This document shows, one piece after another, positions 47,444 through 58,415 of a stretch of 64,000 nucleotides of DNA. The notes beneath the pieces were generated by a model. The model did not search any database and had not been told where the DNA came from. It saw only the letters and a program-made list of their open reading frames with translations. Numbering within the stretch: the first letter of the stretch is position 1; each line of letters opens with the position of its first letter. Made by a program: the position numbers and the translations under genes. The DNA is from Abditibacterium sp. (lineage in GTDB: Bacteria; Armatimonadota; Abditibacteriia; Abditibacteriales; Abditibacteriaceae): assembly GCA_965246885.1 (NCBI GenBank), contig OZ251992.1, positions 2,304,001 to 2,368,000 on the forward strand, in the 5' to 3' direction.

Positions 47444-47488
47444 ATGGAAACGCCCATCAAAAACCGCGTTATCCTTTTTCCGCCGCCC

Positions 47489-49483
47489 ATGAGTTCCTCC
47501 AAGTCCCGCCAGAAATCACGCGCCAAAAGCAAAGCCGCTCCGCCGCCCGTCAAGCCCGCCGCCAAAGTCGCGGCTTCGGTTGTTGCGACCCCGGTTGGTG
47601 TCGAGGCGCCCGCGCCCCCGATAAAAGCGTCCGCGAGCGCGCCCTCGGACAAGTTCTGGTACGGCGCGACGGGCGTGATGGTGCTCGCCATCATCTTGCG
47701 GCAAGTGCAGTTGGGCGCCTCTCCGTTCCACCCGGACGAGACGATCCACGCCTTCTTTTCCTACGGCTTCGACACCTACCACTACGATCCGGTGTATCAC
47801 GGGCCGCTCTTGTATCACCTCACGTCGATGCTTTTCGCGTTGTTTGGGCAGTACGACTATGTCGCGCGGTTGGCGCCCTCACTGCTGGGGATAGGTTTGG
47901 TGGCAATGATACTCGGCCCCGCGCGGCGTTGGATGGGGCCGCGCGCATCTCTGGCGGGCGCGGCGTTAGTGGCCGTGTCGCCTTCGATTGTGACGTACTC
48001 GCGCCATCTGCTGCACGACGCCCTCGTGCTCGACCTCACGCTGGGTGCGGTTCTGTGCTTTCTGACGGCGCTCCATCACCCGGCCAAAGAGCGGCGCGGG
48101 CAGTTGGCGTTGTTAGGGTTGGCGGCGTGTCTGAGCCTGTTTCTGGCGACCAAAGCGAACTTCTTTTTTATTCTGGTGGTTCTGTTGGCGTTCTGGGGGA
48201 CGTGGCAAGTGGCGGGGCGGGCGAAGTTGTCCCTCCCGTACGCGAAGGCGTGGCCCGTTGCCTTGTTTGCGCTTGTGACGTTCGCGGCGATAGCGTTCCC
48301 GCGCGATAATACGTCGCCCGAACCGGTTCAAGCGGCGCAGCACCGAGTGTTCCAACTGGTCGCTGCCGCGAGTTGCGCCGCTTTTCTGCTCTGGGTGATG
48401 GGCCGCCCCCAAGCCGAACCCGAACGGGAAGCGCGCGAGGCGTGGCGGCGCGGCAACGACTGGACGGCGTGGGTGTTGGCGCTGGCTTTGGCGCTGTGGA
48501 TATACGTTTTCCTGTTTGGGCAGGGCGCGCAGGTGTTGGCGCAGTGGGTGGCGACGCGGCAGTTCCCTTCGACGACGTGGGCATCGGGCCGCGACTCGGC
48601 GCAGCACGCCATCAGCAAAATGCTGGAGTACTGGGGCGGGCAGCAAGCGAAACCGCGCTTGCCGAGCCGCCATGATTATTACATTGTGCTGGGCATCCTG
48701 TATGAGCTACCGATTTACGTCGCGGCGATGGGCGGCATTTGGCACGCGGCGCGGCGGCGCACCGTCTGGTCGGATTTCCTGCTTTGGTGGGCGTTCGCGT
48801 CGTGGGCGGTGTACGCGGTCGCCAACGAAAAAGTGCCTTGGTTGCTGGTGCATCTGGCGTTGCCGCTCGCGCTTTTAGGGGCGGGTTGGCTCGCGTCGCT
48901 GAACTGGCGGCGCCCGGCGTTTCTGCTCGCGGCGAGTGTGGCATTGCTGTTTTCGCTGAGGGGGGACGAAGCCATGATTTGGGAGCGGGCGGGCGACCAC
49001 GCCGAACCGCTCTTGTATGCGCAAACGCCCGATGCCTTTCGGGATGTGTTGGAAGCAGCCCTTCTCAAGACGAAGGGGGATGGGCGGGACATATGGATGG
49101 ACGGCGAGCGGCAGTGGCCAAGCGTGTGGTATCTGCGCGACCCCAAGTTCAACCCCATCAGGGGCACGTCGGGCACGCCCATCGCGGGAGTATTCGCGCC
49201 GGAGAAGTATCGCGCCTTCATCGCGCAGGATAAGGACTTGCCCCTTCTCAAGAACAAGGCGCAGTGGGACTTGCAAACGGTGGACTTCCTGATTTGGCCG
49301 CGCGCGAGTTGGACGGCGCTCGAACCGCAGCGCTTTTGGCATTGGTTCTGGACGCGCGAAACGATTCCCCATAGCGAAGAAGGGAGCGGGCCGGGTAGTT
49401 CGGCGACCTCCATCTTGGCGGGGCAAGGCGAATGGAGCCATGCGACAGCGATTGTCGGCGCGCGCAAAGTAGTCAAACCATAA
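47489..49483 (+). CDS. TIGR03663/Agl23-like GT-C membrane glycosyltransferase
   Basis: FHPDETIHA, YHYDPVYHGP, SPSIVTYSR, EKVPWLLVH and YAQT motifs. Confidence 0.85.
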   Translation: MSSSKSRQKSRAKSKAAPPPVKPAAKVAASVVATPVGVEAPAPPIKASASAPSDKFWYGATGVMVLAIILRQVQLGASPFHPDETIHAFFSYGFDTYHYDPVYHGPLLYHLTSMLFALFGQYDYVARLAPSLLGIGLVAMILGPARRWMGPRASLAGAALVAVSPSIVTYSRHLLHDALVLDLTLGAVLCFLTALHHPAKERRGQLALLGLAACLSLFLATKANFFFILVVLLAFWGTWQVAGRAKLSLPYAKAWPVALFALVTFAAIAFPRDNTSPEPVQAAQHRVFQLVAAASCAAFLLWVMGRPQAEPEREAREAWRRGNDWTAWVLALALALWIYVFLFGQGAQVLAQWVATRQFPSTTWASGRDSAQHAISKMLEYWGGQQAKPRLPSRHDYYIVLGILYELPIYVAAMGGIWHAARRRTVWSDFLLWWAFASWAVYAVANEKVPWLLVHLALPLALLGAGWLASLNWRRPAFLLAASVALLFSLRGDEAMIWERAGDHAEPLLYAQTPDAFRDVLEAALLKTKGDGRDIWMDGERQWPSVWYLRDPKFNPIRGTSGTPIAGVFAPEKYRAFIAQDKDLPLLKNKAQWDLQTVDFLIWPRASWTALEPQRFWHWFWTRETIPHSEEGSGPGSSATSILAGQGEWSHATAIVGARKVVKP

Positions 49484-49531
49484 AGCGCGTTTCGGCGCAC
49501 AGTTGGCACATTGGCGGGCCGTTCGACCCGT

Positions 49532-50638
49532 ATGAAGGCTCATGATCCGTTCCCCTCGCTGCCCAGCGCGCAAGGCGAGGACGACTATAGTCGCTGGCTC
49601 CGCGAGCGGCAGTTGCCGATGGCGTTGCGGATTCTGGGTTTCGTCGCGTTTTGCATCGTCGGCTTCGCGGCGTGGGATGCGTGGCTTTCGCTCGCTTCCA
49701 TTGGGGAAACGTGGCCGCTCCGTGCCCTCTCGCTCGCGTTCATCGGTGTATGCGCGTTGATGTTGGGCTTCACCGGAGTGGCGCGCTACTGGCGCACGGT
49801 GGCGCTGATTGCGAGTTGCACGCTGTTCTGCCTACTCCTGCTCATCCTGATGCGCTTGCCCGATGGCGCCTTGTTGGGATCGGGGGGATTGCTCTTATCG
49901 GCGTTTCTGCTGCGCGTTCACTCGGCGCGCATTGCGATGGTGGCAACTCTTTTCAATGCCCTCGCGCTCGCTGTCGTGTACTCGCTGTGGCAAGTGGATG
50001 CCCGCGTGCTGATCAACACCGAGATTTTTCTGTTCATCGCGTCGGCGGGGAACATCCTGCTCAACTTTTCGGACGAACGCGGCGACCGGCAGAAGTTCGA
50101 CCTCGAACGACAACTCAAGAAACTGGCGACAACCGACGGACTTACCGGCGCCGCGAACCGCCGCCACTTGTCGGACACCCTCACCCACGAGTGCGAGCGC
50201 GCCGACCGTTATGGGCACGACCTCACTCTGATCTTGCTCGACATCGACCGCTTCAAAGCTGTCAACGACACGCGCGGGCACGGCGACGGCGACCAAGCGT
50301 TGCGGGCCATTGCCGCCATCGGCATCGAAAGTGGGCGGGCATCCGACACCTTTGCCCGCTTGGGCGGCGAAGAGTTCGTCATGCTCTTGCCGCACACCGA
50401 TTTAAATGCGGGCATCGCTTTCGCCGAACGGTTGCGCGCCCGCATCGCTGCCGAGAAAATCGCGGGCGCGGGGGGCCAGTTTTCCGTGACAGCGAGCTTT
50501 GGAGTGGCCGGTTTGAAACGCGGCGAAAGCGGTGATGCCCTCGTCGCCCGCGCCGATGCCGCCCTTTATATGGCGAAACAAGCGGGCCGCAACCGCGTGG
50601 TGAGTGAGCGCGAACTGCAACTGGCTCAAGCGGCCTAA
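49532..50638 (+). CDS. Membrane-bound diguanylate cyclase
   Basis: N-terminal TM helices; TDGLTG..NRR, DIDRFKAVND and RLGGEEF motifs. Confidence 0.93.
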   Translation: MKAHDPFPSLPSAQGEDDYSRWLRERQLPMALRILGFVAFCIVGFAAWDAWLSLASIGETWPLRALSLAFIGVCALMLGFTGVARYWRTVALIASCTLFCLLLLILMRLPDGALLGSGGLLLSAFLLRVHSARIAMVATLFNALALAVVYSLWQVDARVLINTEIFLFIASAGNILLNFSDERGDRQKFDLERQLKKLATTDGLTGAANRRHLSDTLTHECERADRYGHDLTLILLDIDRFKAVNDTRGHGDGDQALRAIAAIGIESGRASDTFARLGGEEFVMLLPHTDLNAGIAFAERLRARIAAEKIAGAGGQFSVTASFGVAGLKRGESGDALVARADAALYMAKQAGRNRVVSERELQLAQAA

Positions 50639-50667
50639 GCCGACTCCTTCGCCCACGCGAAGGCGGC

Positions 50668-51708
<1,041 letters not shown>

Positions 51709-52455
51709 TTAGAAGCGGGAGCCATAGCGTTCGTTGCGCCAAGGGTCGGCGTGGTTATTGTAGCCGCGCACTTCCCAAAAGCCGGGTTCATCGCGCTCTT
51801 GGAAACGGAGGCCGACGAGGAATTTGGAGCCTTTCCACGCATACAGCTTGGGCACGATCATCCGCACGGGGCCGCCGCGCTCGCGGGGGATGGCTTGCCA
51901 GCCGTTGTCTTTGCCGTTGATTTGCAAGACCATCTCGTCGGCGATGAGAACGTCGGAGTCCATGAGTTCTTCGAGAGGCGTGTTGGTGGTGTAGCCCTCG
52001 CCGCCGTGTTGGACGACGAAGTGGGCTTTCATTGTCGGGCGCACGAGCGCGGCGAGGTCGGAAAAGTGGACGCCGCCCCAAGGCACCTCGTATTTGCTCC
52101 ACGTCGTGACACAGTGGAAATCGGTGACTTGGCGACTGCGCGGTAGGGCGCGGAACCCCTCCCACGACAGTTCGACGGGGTTTTCGACCTCGCCCCAGAT
52201 GCGCAACGTCCACTCTTCGGGCGCGATGTCAGGGCGCACGCCCAAGTCGAGGATGGGAAAGCCTTGGGTGAGGTGCTGACCATCGGGCAACCGTTTGGCG
52301 GCGCGCTCTTCCGGCGTAGTTTCGAGCGTGGTCGGCTGGAACTGCCCGCGTTCGTCGCGGCGAAAGCGTTCGAGCAAGCGGCGCTTGGCTTCGATCATCT
52401 TGGCCGCGTCCGCGTCGTTAATTTGTGGCAGGTCGGTCGAGAAGTCGGGCTGCAT
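51709..52455 (-). CDS. Sulfite-oxidase-like molybdopterin oxidoreductase (YuiH-like)
   Basis: RLPDGQ, DFHCVTTWS, GGPVRMIVPKLYAWKGSK and GFWEVRGY motifs. Confidence 0.9.
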   Translation of the reverse strand: MQPDFSTDLPQINDADAAKMIEAKRRLLERFRRDERGQFQPTTLETTPEERAAKRLPDGQHLTQGFPILDLGVRPDIAPEEWTLRIWGEVENPVELSWEGFRALPRSRQVTDFHCVTTWSKYEVPWGGVHFSDLAALVRPTMKAHFVVQHGGEGYTTNTPLEELMDSDVLIADEMVLQINGKDNGWQAIPRERGGPVRMIVPKLYAWKGSKFLVGLRFQERDEPGFWEVRGYNNHADPWRNERYGSRF

Positions 52456-52485
52456 GATGCCCGCGCAGGCGCGAGAACGGTGCCA

Positions 52486-53583
52486 TTACTCCTTCCACTC
52501 CCGCTCGATGCGGCGCGCAATATCGCTTTGGCTTCGTTTGAAGGCGGCGTGTTTGTCGAGGTCGCGCTTGCGTTGAAGCGCGCTGCCGAAGAGTTCCTTC
52601 ACCGGCTTTTTGGGTTTGGGCGGGGCTTTGACGGGCGGAGTGGATTTGGCGCGGCGCGGGGCTTTGATTTTGGTTTCGACCTTCTTGCGCAGAGTCTTGA
52701 CTTCGCCGGGGAGGAGTATGCGGAAGGCGCCCGCTTGCAAGCCTTCCAATTCCACGCCCGCGAATTTGGTGCGCCGGAGCGACGAAACGGGGTGGCCTAC
52801 TGTGTCGAGCATCCGCCGGACTTGGCGGTTTTTGCCCTCGCGGATGCGAAGCAATACGAGGGCGTTTTTCTCGCTTTGGCCGACGACGCGGGCAAAGCAG
52901 GGCGCGGTCACGCCGTCTTCGAGGCGGACGCCTTTGCGCAAACGGTCTAACTCGCCGGGTTGCACTTCGCCGCGCACGCGGGCCTCGTACTCCTTTTCGG
53001 CGCCGTGCGAGGGGTGCGTGAGCAGGTGCGTCAGTTCGCCATCATCGGTGAGGAGCAACACGCCCGACGTGTCGAAGTCGAGGCGCCCGACGGGGTGGAA
53101 AGCGCGGAACTTGTGCGGCAATAGGTCGAAGACGGTGGGCCGGTCTTCGCGCTTGTCGCGGGTCGTCATGACGTTCTTGGGCTTGTGGAGCAGGATGACC
53201 GTCGTGGTTTTGTCGGCCACCAGAAGAGGGCGGCCTGACACGAATATCTTGTCGCGCTTGGGGTCGGCTTTGATGCCGGGTTCAGTGAGGAAGTGGCCGT
53301 TGACCGACACTTCGCCGCGCGTGATAAGGTCTTCGGCGGCGCGGCGCGAGGCAATTCCAGCGCGAGCGATGAGCTTGGAAACGCGCTCCCGCGCCGCTTC
53401 GTCGCGCTCGGCTTCGTGGGTGGGGACGAAATCGCCCTCGACTTCCCAGTCGTCTTCTTCGACGCCCGGCTCGTCGTCAGCGTCGAAATCAACGTCAACA
53501 AAGGCGGCATCGAGCGCCTCCTCAGCGTCGGGGTTGGATGTCGCGGGGGTCGAGGGGTTCAAAGGCGGGTTTAGATCGGGCAT
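52486..53583 (-). CDS. rluB: 23S rRNA pseudouridine synthase (RluB/RsuA family)
   Basis: S4 domain (GIASRRAAE), VGRLDFDTSGVLLLTDDG and EGKNRQVRRM motifs; acidic N-terminal extension. Confidence 0.9.
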   Translation of the reverse strand: MPDLNPPLNPSTPATSNPDAEEALDAAFVDVDFDADDEPGVEEDDWEVEGDFVPTHEAERDEAARERVSKLIARAGIASRRAAEDLITRGEVSVNGHFLTEPGIKADPKRDKIFVSGRPLLVADKTTTVILLHKPKNVMTTRDKREDRPTVFDLLPHKFRAFHPVGRLDFDTSGVLLLTDDGELTHLLTHPSHGAEKEYEARVRGEVQPGELDRLRKGVRLEDGVTAPCFARVVGQSEKNALVLLRIREGKNRQVRRMLDTVGHPVSSLRRTKFAGVELEGLQAGAFRILLPGEVKTLRKKVETKIKAPRRAKSTPPVKAPPKPKKPVKELFGSALQRKRDLDKHAAFKRSQSDIARRIEREWKE

Positions 53584-54823
53584 GGCGTTTGGGGCGGCGG
53601 CGAGGAGCACTTCGCGCGCGTCGGATGAGCAAAAGTATCGCAAGCCCCGCGCACAGCGTCGCCGCGAGCGTGAGCAAGCGGCGCGGCGCAACGGGCCACT
53701 TCCCGCCCCCAACCGCGCGGGCGAGAAGCGATTGGGGCACATCGGCGCGCGCCACGAGCGGGATTTGCGCGAGCGTCGCGCCGCCTGAAACATAGGCCAC
53801 GCTACCCACGACTTGCCCACGCTTGAAGGGCGCCGCCATCCGTAGGAGGCTCACTTTGGCCGTGACATGTCCGAGTTCATCGGCACGGAGCGGCAGTTCC
53901 ACGCCGCTTTGCGTCGCGGCCTCCAAGGGATGTGCGCCGCCGACATCGCCGCGCCACAGCACCTCACCCGGCTTGGCGACCGCGCGCGGCGCAAACGAAG
54001 CGAAGGCTTTTTGGAGCAGGAACTCCGTATCGAGGTAGGTAAAATTGCCGTGCGACTTCATCACCACGCTCAGCAAACGCCAAGGACGCCCAGTGCGCGG
54101 GTCGCGCTCCGTCGCGGTGGCAATGAGGCAGTGCCCCGCTTCTTTGGTCGAGCCGGTCTTGAGGCCGTCGCACGCAGGCCAGCGAAAGAGGAGCTTGTTA
54201 CGATTGCGGAGCAAGCGCGGCCCCACTTTGGCGTTGCCGCCGATGACCGTCGTTTGGAGCCGCACGATGCCGTTGAGCAGGGGTACCCGCGTAAAAGCGC
54301 GCGCGATGGTCGCCAAGTCGCGCGCTGAGGTGTAGTGCTGGGGGTCGTGCAAGCCGTGCGGGTTGACGAAGTGCGTGTTCTTCAGGCCCAGCGCCTTCAC
54401 TTTCGCGTTCATCAGGTCGGCGAACTTCGGGATGCTCCCGGCAATGCCATCCGCCATTGCCACGCACGCATCGTTGGCCGAGCGCACCATCGCCGCCCGC
54501 AGCAACTCTTCGAGCGTGCGCCGCTCTCCCTCTTGTAAATACACCGAGCTTTCGCCCGTCGTCGCCGCTTCCTTTGTGACCGTAATTACCTGAGCCGGGG
54601 AGGCATGCTCGAACGCCACGAGCGCCGTCATCGTCTTCGTCGTCGAGGCGGGATACAAGCGCTCATCGGGGTTCTTAGAATAGAGAATCCGCCCCGAATC
54701 GAGGTCTTCCACGACGTACGCTTCGGCCAGAGGCGCGTAATTGGGCGGCAAAACATCCTGCGCGTGGGCAGAAGTAAGGGGCGCGAGGAAGAGAAGCCAT
54801 AAAGCAAGGAAAAGGGGACGCAT
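53522..54823 (-). CDS. D-alanyl-D-alanine carboxypeptidase (S11)
   Basis: Signal peptide; PASTTK (SxxK), SAN (SxN) and KTG motifs; C-terminal TM anchor. Confidence 0.93.
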   Translation of the reverse strand: MRPLFLALWLLFLAPLTSAHAQDVLPPNYAPLAEAYVVEDLDSGRILYSKNPDERLYPASTTKTMTALVAFEHASPAQVITVTKEAATTGESSVYLQEGERRTLEELLRAAMVRSANDACVAMADGIAGSIPKFADLMNAKVKALGLKNTHFVNPHGLHDPQHYTSARDLATIARAFTRVPLLNGIVRLQTTVIGGNAKVGPRLLRNRNKLLFRWPACDGLKTGSTKEAGHCLIATATERDPRTGRPWRLLSVVMKSHGNFTYLDTEFLLQKAFASFAPRAVAKPGEVLWRGDVGGAHPLEAATQSGVELPLRADELGHVTAKVSLLRMAAPFKRGQVVGSVAYVSGGATLAQIPLVARADVPQSLLARAVGGGKWPVAPRRLLTLAATLCAGLAILLLIRRARSAPRRRPKRHARSKPAFEPLDPRDIQPRR

Positions 54824-54862
54824 TGAAGGGGTGTGAAGCTGTCTGTGACGCAATGCTTCCGC

Positions 54863-55477
54863 TTACAGCGCGGGGACTTCCAACTCGAACTCTGCCGTGC
54901 GCGTCGACTTCGAGGGGTTGCGGCTTTCTATCACCAAGCGGTGTTTGCCAATCGGCAGGCGCACGCGCGAAAAGAGCGGGGCGTAGTTTTCAACGATGGC
55001 GTCAACGGTTTCGTCCTCGCCTTCGGGCGCGTTGGCGAGGGAGCGAATCTCGAAGAGCCAGTAGGCGGTCGCGCCGTGCGCTTCCTCGAAGGAAATGGTG
55101 GTGAAGACCTGCTTTTGCGGCTTGAAGTGCGTGGCGACGACAGTGGAGGTGTCAACCGGCGCCACGTAATCTTTGATGTCAATGGCCGGGTCGGGGAATC
55201 CCAAGCGCGCTGTGAGGGCGGCATCGGGCGCGGCGGCGTCATAGGCGGCGCGGATGGCGAGTTGCGCGGCGAGGAGTTCCGCTTGCGGGTTCCTTCCCGC
55301 GTGCGCGGCCTCGGCCAAACTTTCCCGCGCCTGTGCCAAAGATTTCTGGTAAATTGGCATGGCCTCGAAAGCGGTTTCGCGTTCGAGGGCGCCCGCCAAT
55401 CGCTCCAATCTCCACAACGCGGCGGGGGCCGTCGCGGGGCAAATCGAGGGTTCATCGGAATACTTCGGGTGAATCAT
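54863..55477 (-). CDS. Hypothetical protein (helical N-half, beta-rich C-half)
   Basis: 204-aa ORF filling the gap with genome-typical codon usage. Confidence 0.7.
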   Translation of the reverse strand: MIHPKYSDEPSICPATAPAALWRLERLAGALERETAFEAMPIYQKSLAQARESLAEAAHAGRNPQAELLAAQLAIRAAYDAAAPDAALTARLGFPDPAIDIKDYVAPVDTSTVVATHFKPQKQVFTTISFEEAHGATAYWLFEIRSLANAPEGEDETVDAIVENYAPLFSRVRLPIGKHRLVIESRNPSKSTRTAEFELEVPAL

Positions 55478-55541
55478 AGGGCGCCAGTATGCCCACCAGT
55501 TGGGACAGGCGCGCAGTGGATAAAGGCAGGGACTCGCACTT

Positions 55542-57011
55542 ATGGCTCAAAACATGGGAATGTCGCAGGGGATGGAGCAGTCGCTCAACCCCAAAATGAT
55601 AGCGTTTTACGAATTGCTCCAACAGCCCAACGTCGAACTGGAACAAGCGATAGAAACCGAACTGCAAGACAACCCGGCGCTCGAAGTGTCCGCCGAGCGC
55701 GTCTGCCCCGCGTGCGGCTCGACCATGCTGTCCGCGCAGTGCCGCGAGTGCGGCTACAAGCTCACCAAGGAAGACGAGGACGCTTTCGAGTCTGGGGAAC
55801 TGGGCAAAGAGAAAATCCTCGACCTCGCCGTTGAAGCGGCCCCGATGGAAAAGGCAACTTACAACGGCGACGAGGACGGCTTCGACGTGATGGCCCGGCT
55901 CACCGCGACAGAAACCCTCGCCGAGCACCTGCGCTGGCTGTGGAGGATGAGTTGCAACAACCCCGGCACCCTCGAAATCGGCGAGCAGTTGATCGGCTGC
56001 ATCAACGACGACGGGTATTTGGACACCGACCTCGAAACCCTGTCCGAGGGGTTGGGCATCCCGCTCGAAACCCTGGAAGAAGTCTTAGCCGACATCCAGA
56101 ATCTCGAACCCGCAGGGGTGGGCGCGCGCACCTTGCGGGAGTGCTTGCGCTTGCAATTGGTGCACCGCGAAAAGGGCAAGGACGCCGACATCGCGCAACT
56201 GGCGCTCCGGCTTATTGACGACCACTGGCAGCCCTTGGCCCGTCACTCCTACGAAGACATCGCGCGCAAGCTCAAGACCAGCATTGACCGCGTGCAAGAG
56301 GGAGCCGACTTCGTGCGCAACGAACTGACGCCCTATCCGGGCAGGCAATTCCGCCCCAGTTGGCACACCAACTCCCCGCAAGCCGCCGGACGGGTGCGCC
56401 CCGATGTCGAGATCAAGCGCCAAGAGGACGGCAAAGGCTACCTCGTCGAGGTCGTCGAGTCCCGCTCGCTCGGACTGCGCGTCAACGCGGTTTATCGCCA
56501 ATTGTGGGACGCCATGCGCAAAGACCCAGTTGGCTACTCCAGCAAAGACCGCGAACACGTGCAGATCTATTTGACCCGCGCCCGCGAGTTCATTGACAAC
56601 CTCAACCAACGACGCAAGACGCTCAAACTCATCATCGAAGCCGTCGCCCTCGAACAGGGCGCCTATTTAGAGGCCGGGTTACACTCGCTCAAGCCGCTAA
56701 CGCGGTTAAGCGTGGCCCACAAATTGGGGCTGCACGAATCCACCGTTGGCCGCGCGGTATCGGGCAAATACGCCATGCTCCCCAACGGCGAGGTTATCGG
56801 CTGCGAACTATTCTTCGACGCCAGTTTGTCCGTCAAAGAAGTCATCAAAGATCTGCTCGCCGATGAGAACCCGCGCAAGCCGTTCTCGGATGAACAAATC
56901 TCGGCGGAATTGTCGAAGAAGGGCATAGAGATCGCGCGCCGCACCGTCACCAAATACCGCGAAGCCCTCAAAATCCCCCCCGCCGCGCAGCGCCGCCGCT
57001 ACGACAAATAA
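55542..57011 (+). CDS. rpoN: RNA polymerase sigma-54 factor
   Basis: DNPALE, EPAGVGARTLRECL, LHESTVGRA, SDEQI and RpoN box ARRTVTKYRE. Confidence 0.97.
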   Translation: MAQNMGMSQGMEQSLNPKMIAFYELLQQPNVELEQAIETELQDNPALEVSAERVCPACGSTMLSAQCRECGYKLTKEDEDAFESGELGKEKILDLAVEAAPMEKATYNGDEDGFDVMARLTATETLAEHLRWLWRMSCNNPGTLEIGEQLIGCINDDGYLDTDLETLSEGLGIPLETLEEVLADIQNLEPAGVGARTLRECLRLQLVHREKGKDADIAQLALRLIDDHWQPLARHSYEDIARKLKTSIDRVQEGADFVRNELTPYPGRQFRPSWHTNSPQAAGRVRPDVEIKRQEDGKGYLVEVVESRSLGLRVNAVYRQLWDAMRKDPVGYSSKDREHVQIYLTRAREFIDNLNQRRKTLKLIIEAVALEQGAYLEAGLHSLKPLTRLSVAHKLGLHESTVGRAVSGKYAMLPNGEVIGCELFFDASLSVKEVIKDLLADENPRKPFSDEQISAELSKKGIEIARRTVTKYREALKIPPAAQRRRYDK

Positions 57012-57087
57012 GGTGGGAGTGCCAAAGAAGCCCGCGTTGGCCCCGGTCTCGCTCTCCCCTTCTCACTTCTCTGGAACGGGGCGAACT

Positions 57088-57801
57088 ATGGCGGACGACA
57101 CTCACCTTCTCGATGTGGACGTGCAGACACTCATGCGCGGCTTGGTTCACGAACTGCGCAATCCTCTGTCAGCCATCCTCACGGCGTCGTCGCTTCTGCC
57201 AGGTGCGGCGGGATTGGACGAAGAAACCGCCATGCTGTTGGATGTGGTCAGCAAAGAAGCGCGGCGCATGAACCGAATTTTGACGGAGTTTTCCATCTTC
57301 GCCAAGCCGCCTAAAGCGCACCCGGAAGCGCTGGACTTAGCGGGCTTGGCCCGCGAGTTTGTTTCTAAATCCCAAGGCGAGGGCGAAGCGATGGTTCTGC
57401 ACGATGAGTTGCCCCCGACGTTACTCGCGTTCGCCGACCCTCAGGGGGTAGCACTTGCTTTGAAGCACATCCTCGAAAACGCGAGTGAAGCGGTGCCCGA
57501 AGGGGGTCATGTGCGCTTGGCGGGCGGGCACGCCCAAGCTGGGGTGTGGCTTTCAATTACCGACTCCGGGCCGGGGCTGAGCGAACAAGCCCTTGAGCAA
57601 GCCTTTCAGCCGTTTTTCTCCAACAAGCCATCCGCGACGGGGTTGGGGCTTTCTATTGCCCGTGCCATGCTCCGCGCGTCGAACGGCGACTGCCGTATCG
57701 CCAACGCGGGGGACACAACGAGCAACGAAGGGCCACGTGGGGCGGTCGTCATTCTCGAACTTCCTTCCGCGCTTCACCAAGAGACGTCTGCTGCCGCTTA
57801 A
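57088..57801 (+). CDS. Histidine kinase without sensor domain (HisKA + HATPase)
   Basis: HELRNPL, ENASEA, DSGPG, FQPFFS and TGLGLSI motifs. Confidence 0.88.
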   Translation: MADDTHLLDVDVQTLMRGLVHELRNPLSAILTASSLLPGAAGLDEETAMLLDVVSKEARRMNRILTEFSIFAKPPKAHPEALDLAGLAREFVSKSQGEGEAMVLHDELPPTLLAFADPQGVALALKHILENASEAVPEGGHVRLAGGHAQAGVWLSITDSGPGLSEQALEQAFQPFFSNKPSATGLGLSIARAMLRASNGDCRIANAGDTTSNEGPRGAVVILELPSALHQETSAAA

Positions 57802-57889
57802 GGGACGTCTGGCACCGCCCCACAGACGTCTGTCACCGCCCCACAGACGTCTGTCACTGCTCGACGCACGTCTGTCGTTGTTCCACAGA
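57783..57889. repeat. 21-bp-period array F (5 units)
   Basis: GACGTC at 57783, 57804, 57825 and 57846; CACGTC at 57867. Confidence 0.93.
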
Positions 57890-57956
57890 TGGACGGGGGG
57901 CAACGACACAAGGCGGTGACTGCCCCGCCGCCGTCTCTACTTCAAAGAAGGACAGC

Positions 57957-58409
57957 TCAGTCGGCGGCATCGGCAGCGACCAGAGCGTTCTCGACGTTCT
58001 CCTCCCGTGCGCGCTCGCGCAAAAAAGCGCCCAAGATGCCGTTCAAGAAGCGCGCCGATTCCACCGTCGAGTACTCTTTGGCCATCTCGACGGCCTCGTT
58101 GACCGAGACGGACGGCGGGATTTCCGGGCGGAACAAAATCTCATACAACGCCAAGCGCAACAGGTTCCGATCGGCATTAGCCATGCGCTCCAACGTCCAG
58201 CCCAATGCAAAGCGTTCGATGATGGGGTCTATCTCGTCGCGCTTCTCCCACGCGCCGCGCGCCAGTTGAACGGCGAAAAGCCACACTTCGGACGAGGCGT
58301 CTGACGCTTCGCGCGCGACCTCGAACACTTCGGCGGGCGAAGCGCCCCCGACATCCATCTGAAAAATCAATCGGAACGCCAATTCGCGCCCACTTCTGCG
58401 TTTGCCCAT
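57957..58409 (-). CDS. nusB: Transcription antitermination factor NusB
   Basis: RRSGRELA, DRNLLRLALYE, VNEAVEMAKEY and FLNGIL motifs. Confidence 0.96.
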   Translation of the reverse strand: MGKRRSGRELAFRLIFQMDVGGASPAEVFEVAREASDASSEVWLFAVQLARGAWEKRDEIDPIIERFALGWTLERMANADRNLLRLALYEILFRPEIPPSVSVNEAVEMAKEYSTVESARFLNGILGAFLRERAREENVENALVAADAAD

Positions 58410-58415
58410 GATTGG

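Noticed and set aside
49503..49520. TTGGCAC upstream of the diguanylate cyclase as a sigma-54 promoter
   Set aside because: No TTGC -12 element at the required spacing
53522..53583. 62-bp overlap between the carboxypeptidase and rluB as a frameshift or recoding signal
   Set aside because: Both overlapping ends are low-complexity tails and the rluB start is uncertain; no slippery site seen
54833..55834. 333-aa plus-strand ORF
   Set aside because: Overlaps rpoN out of frame and is antisense to the 204-aa gene; Arg/Gly-rich shadow composition
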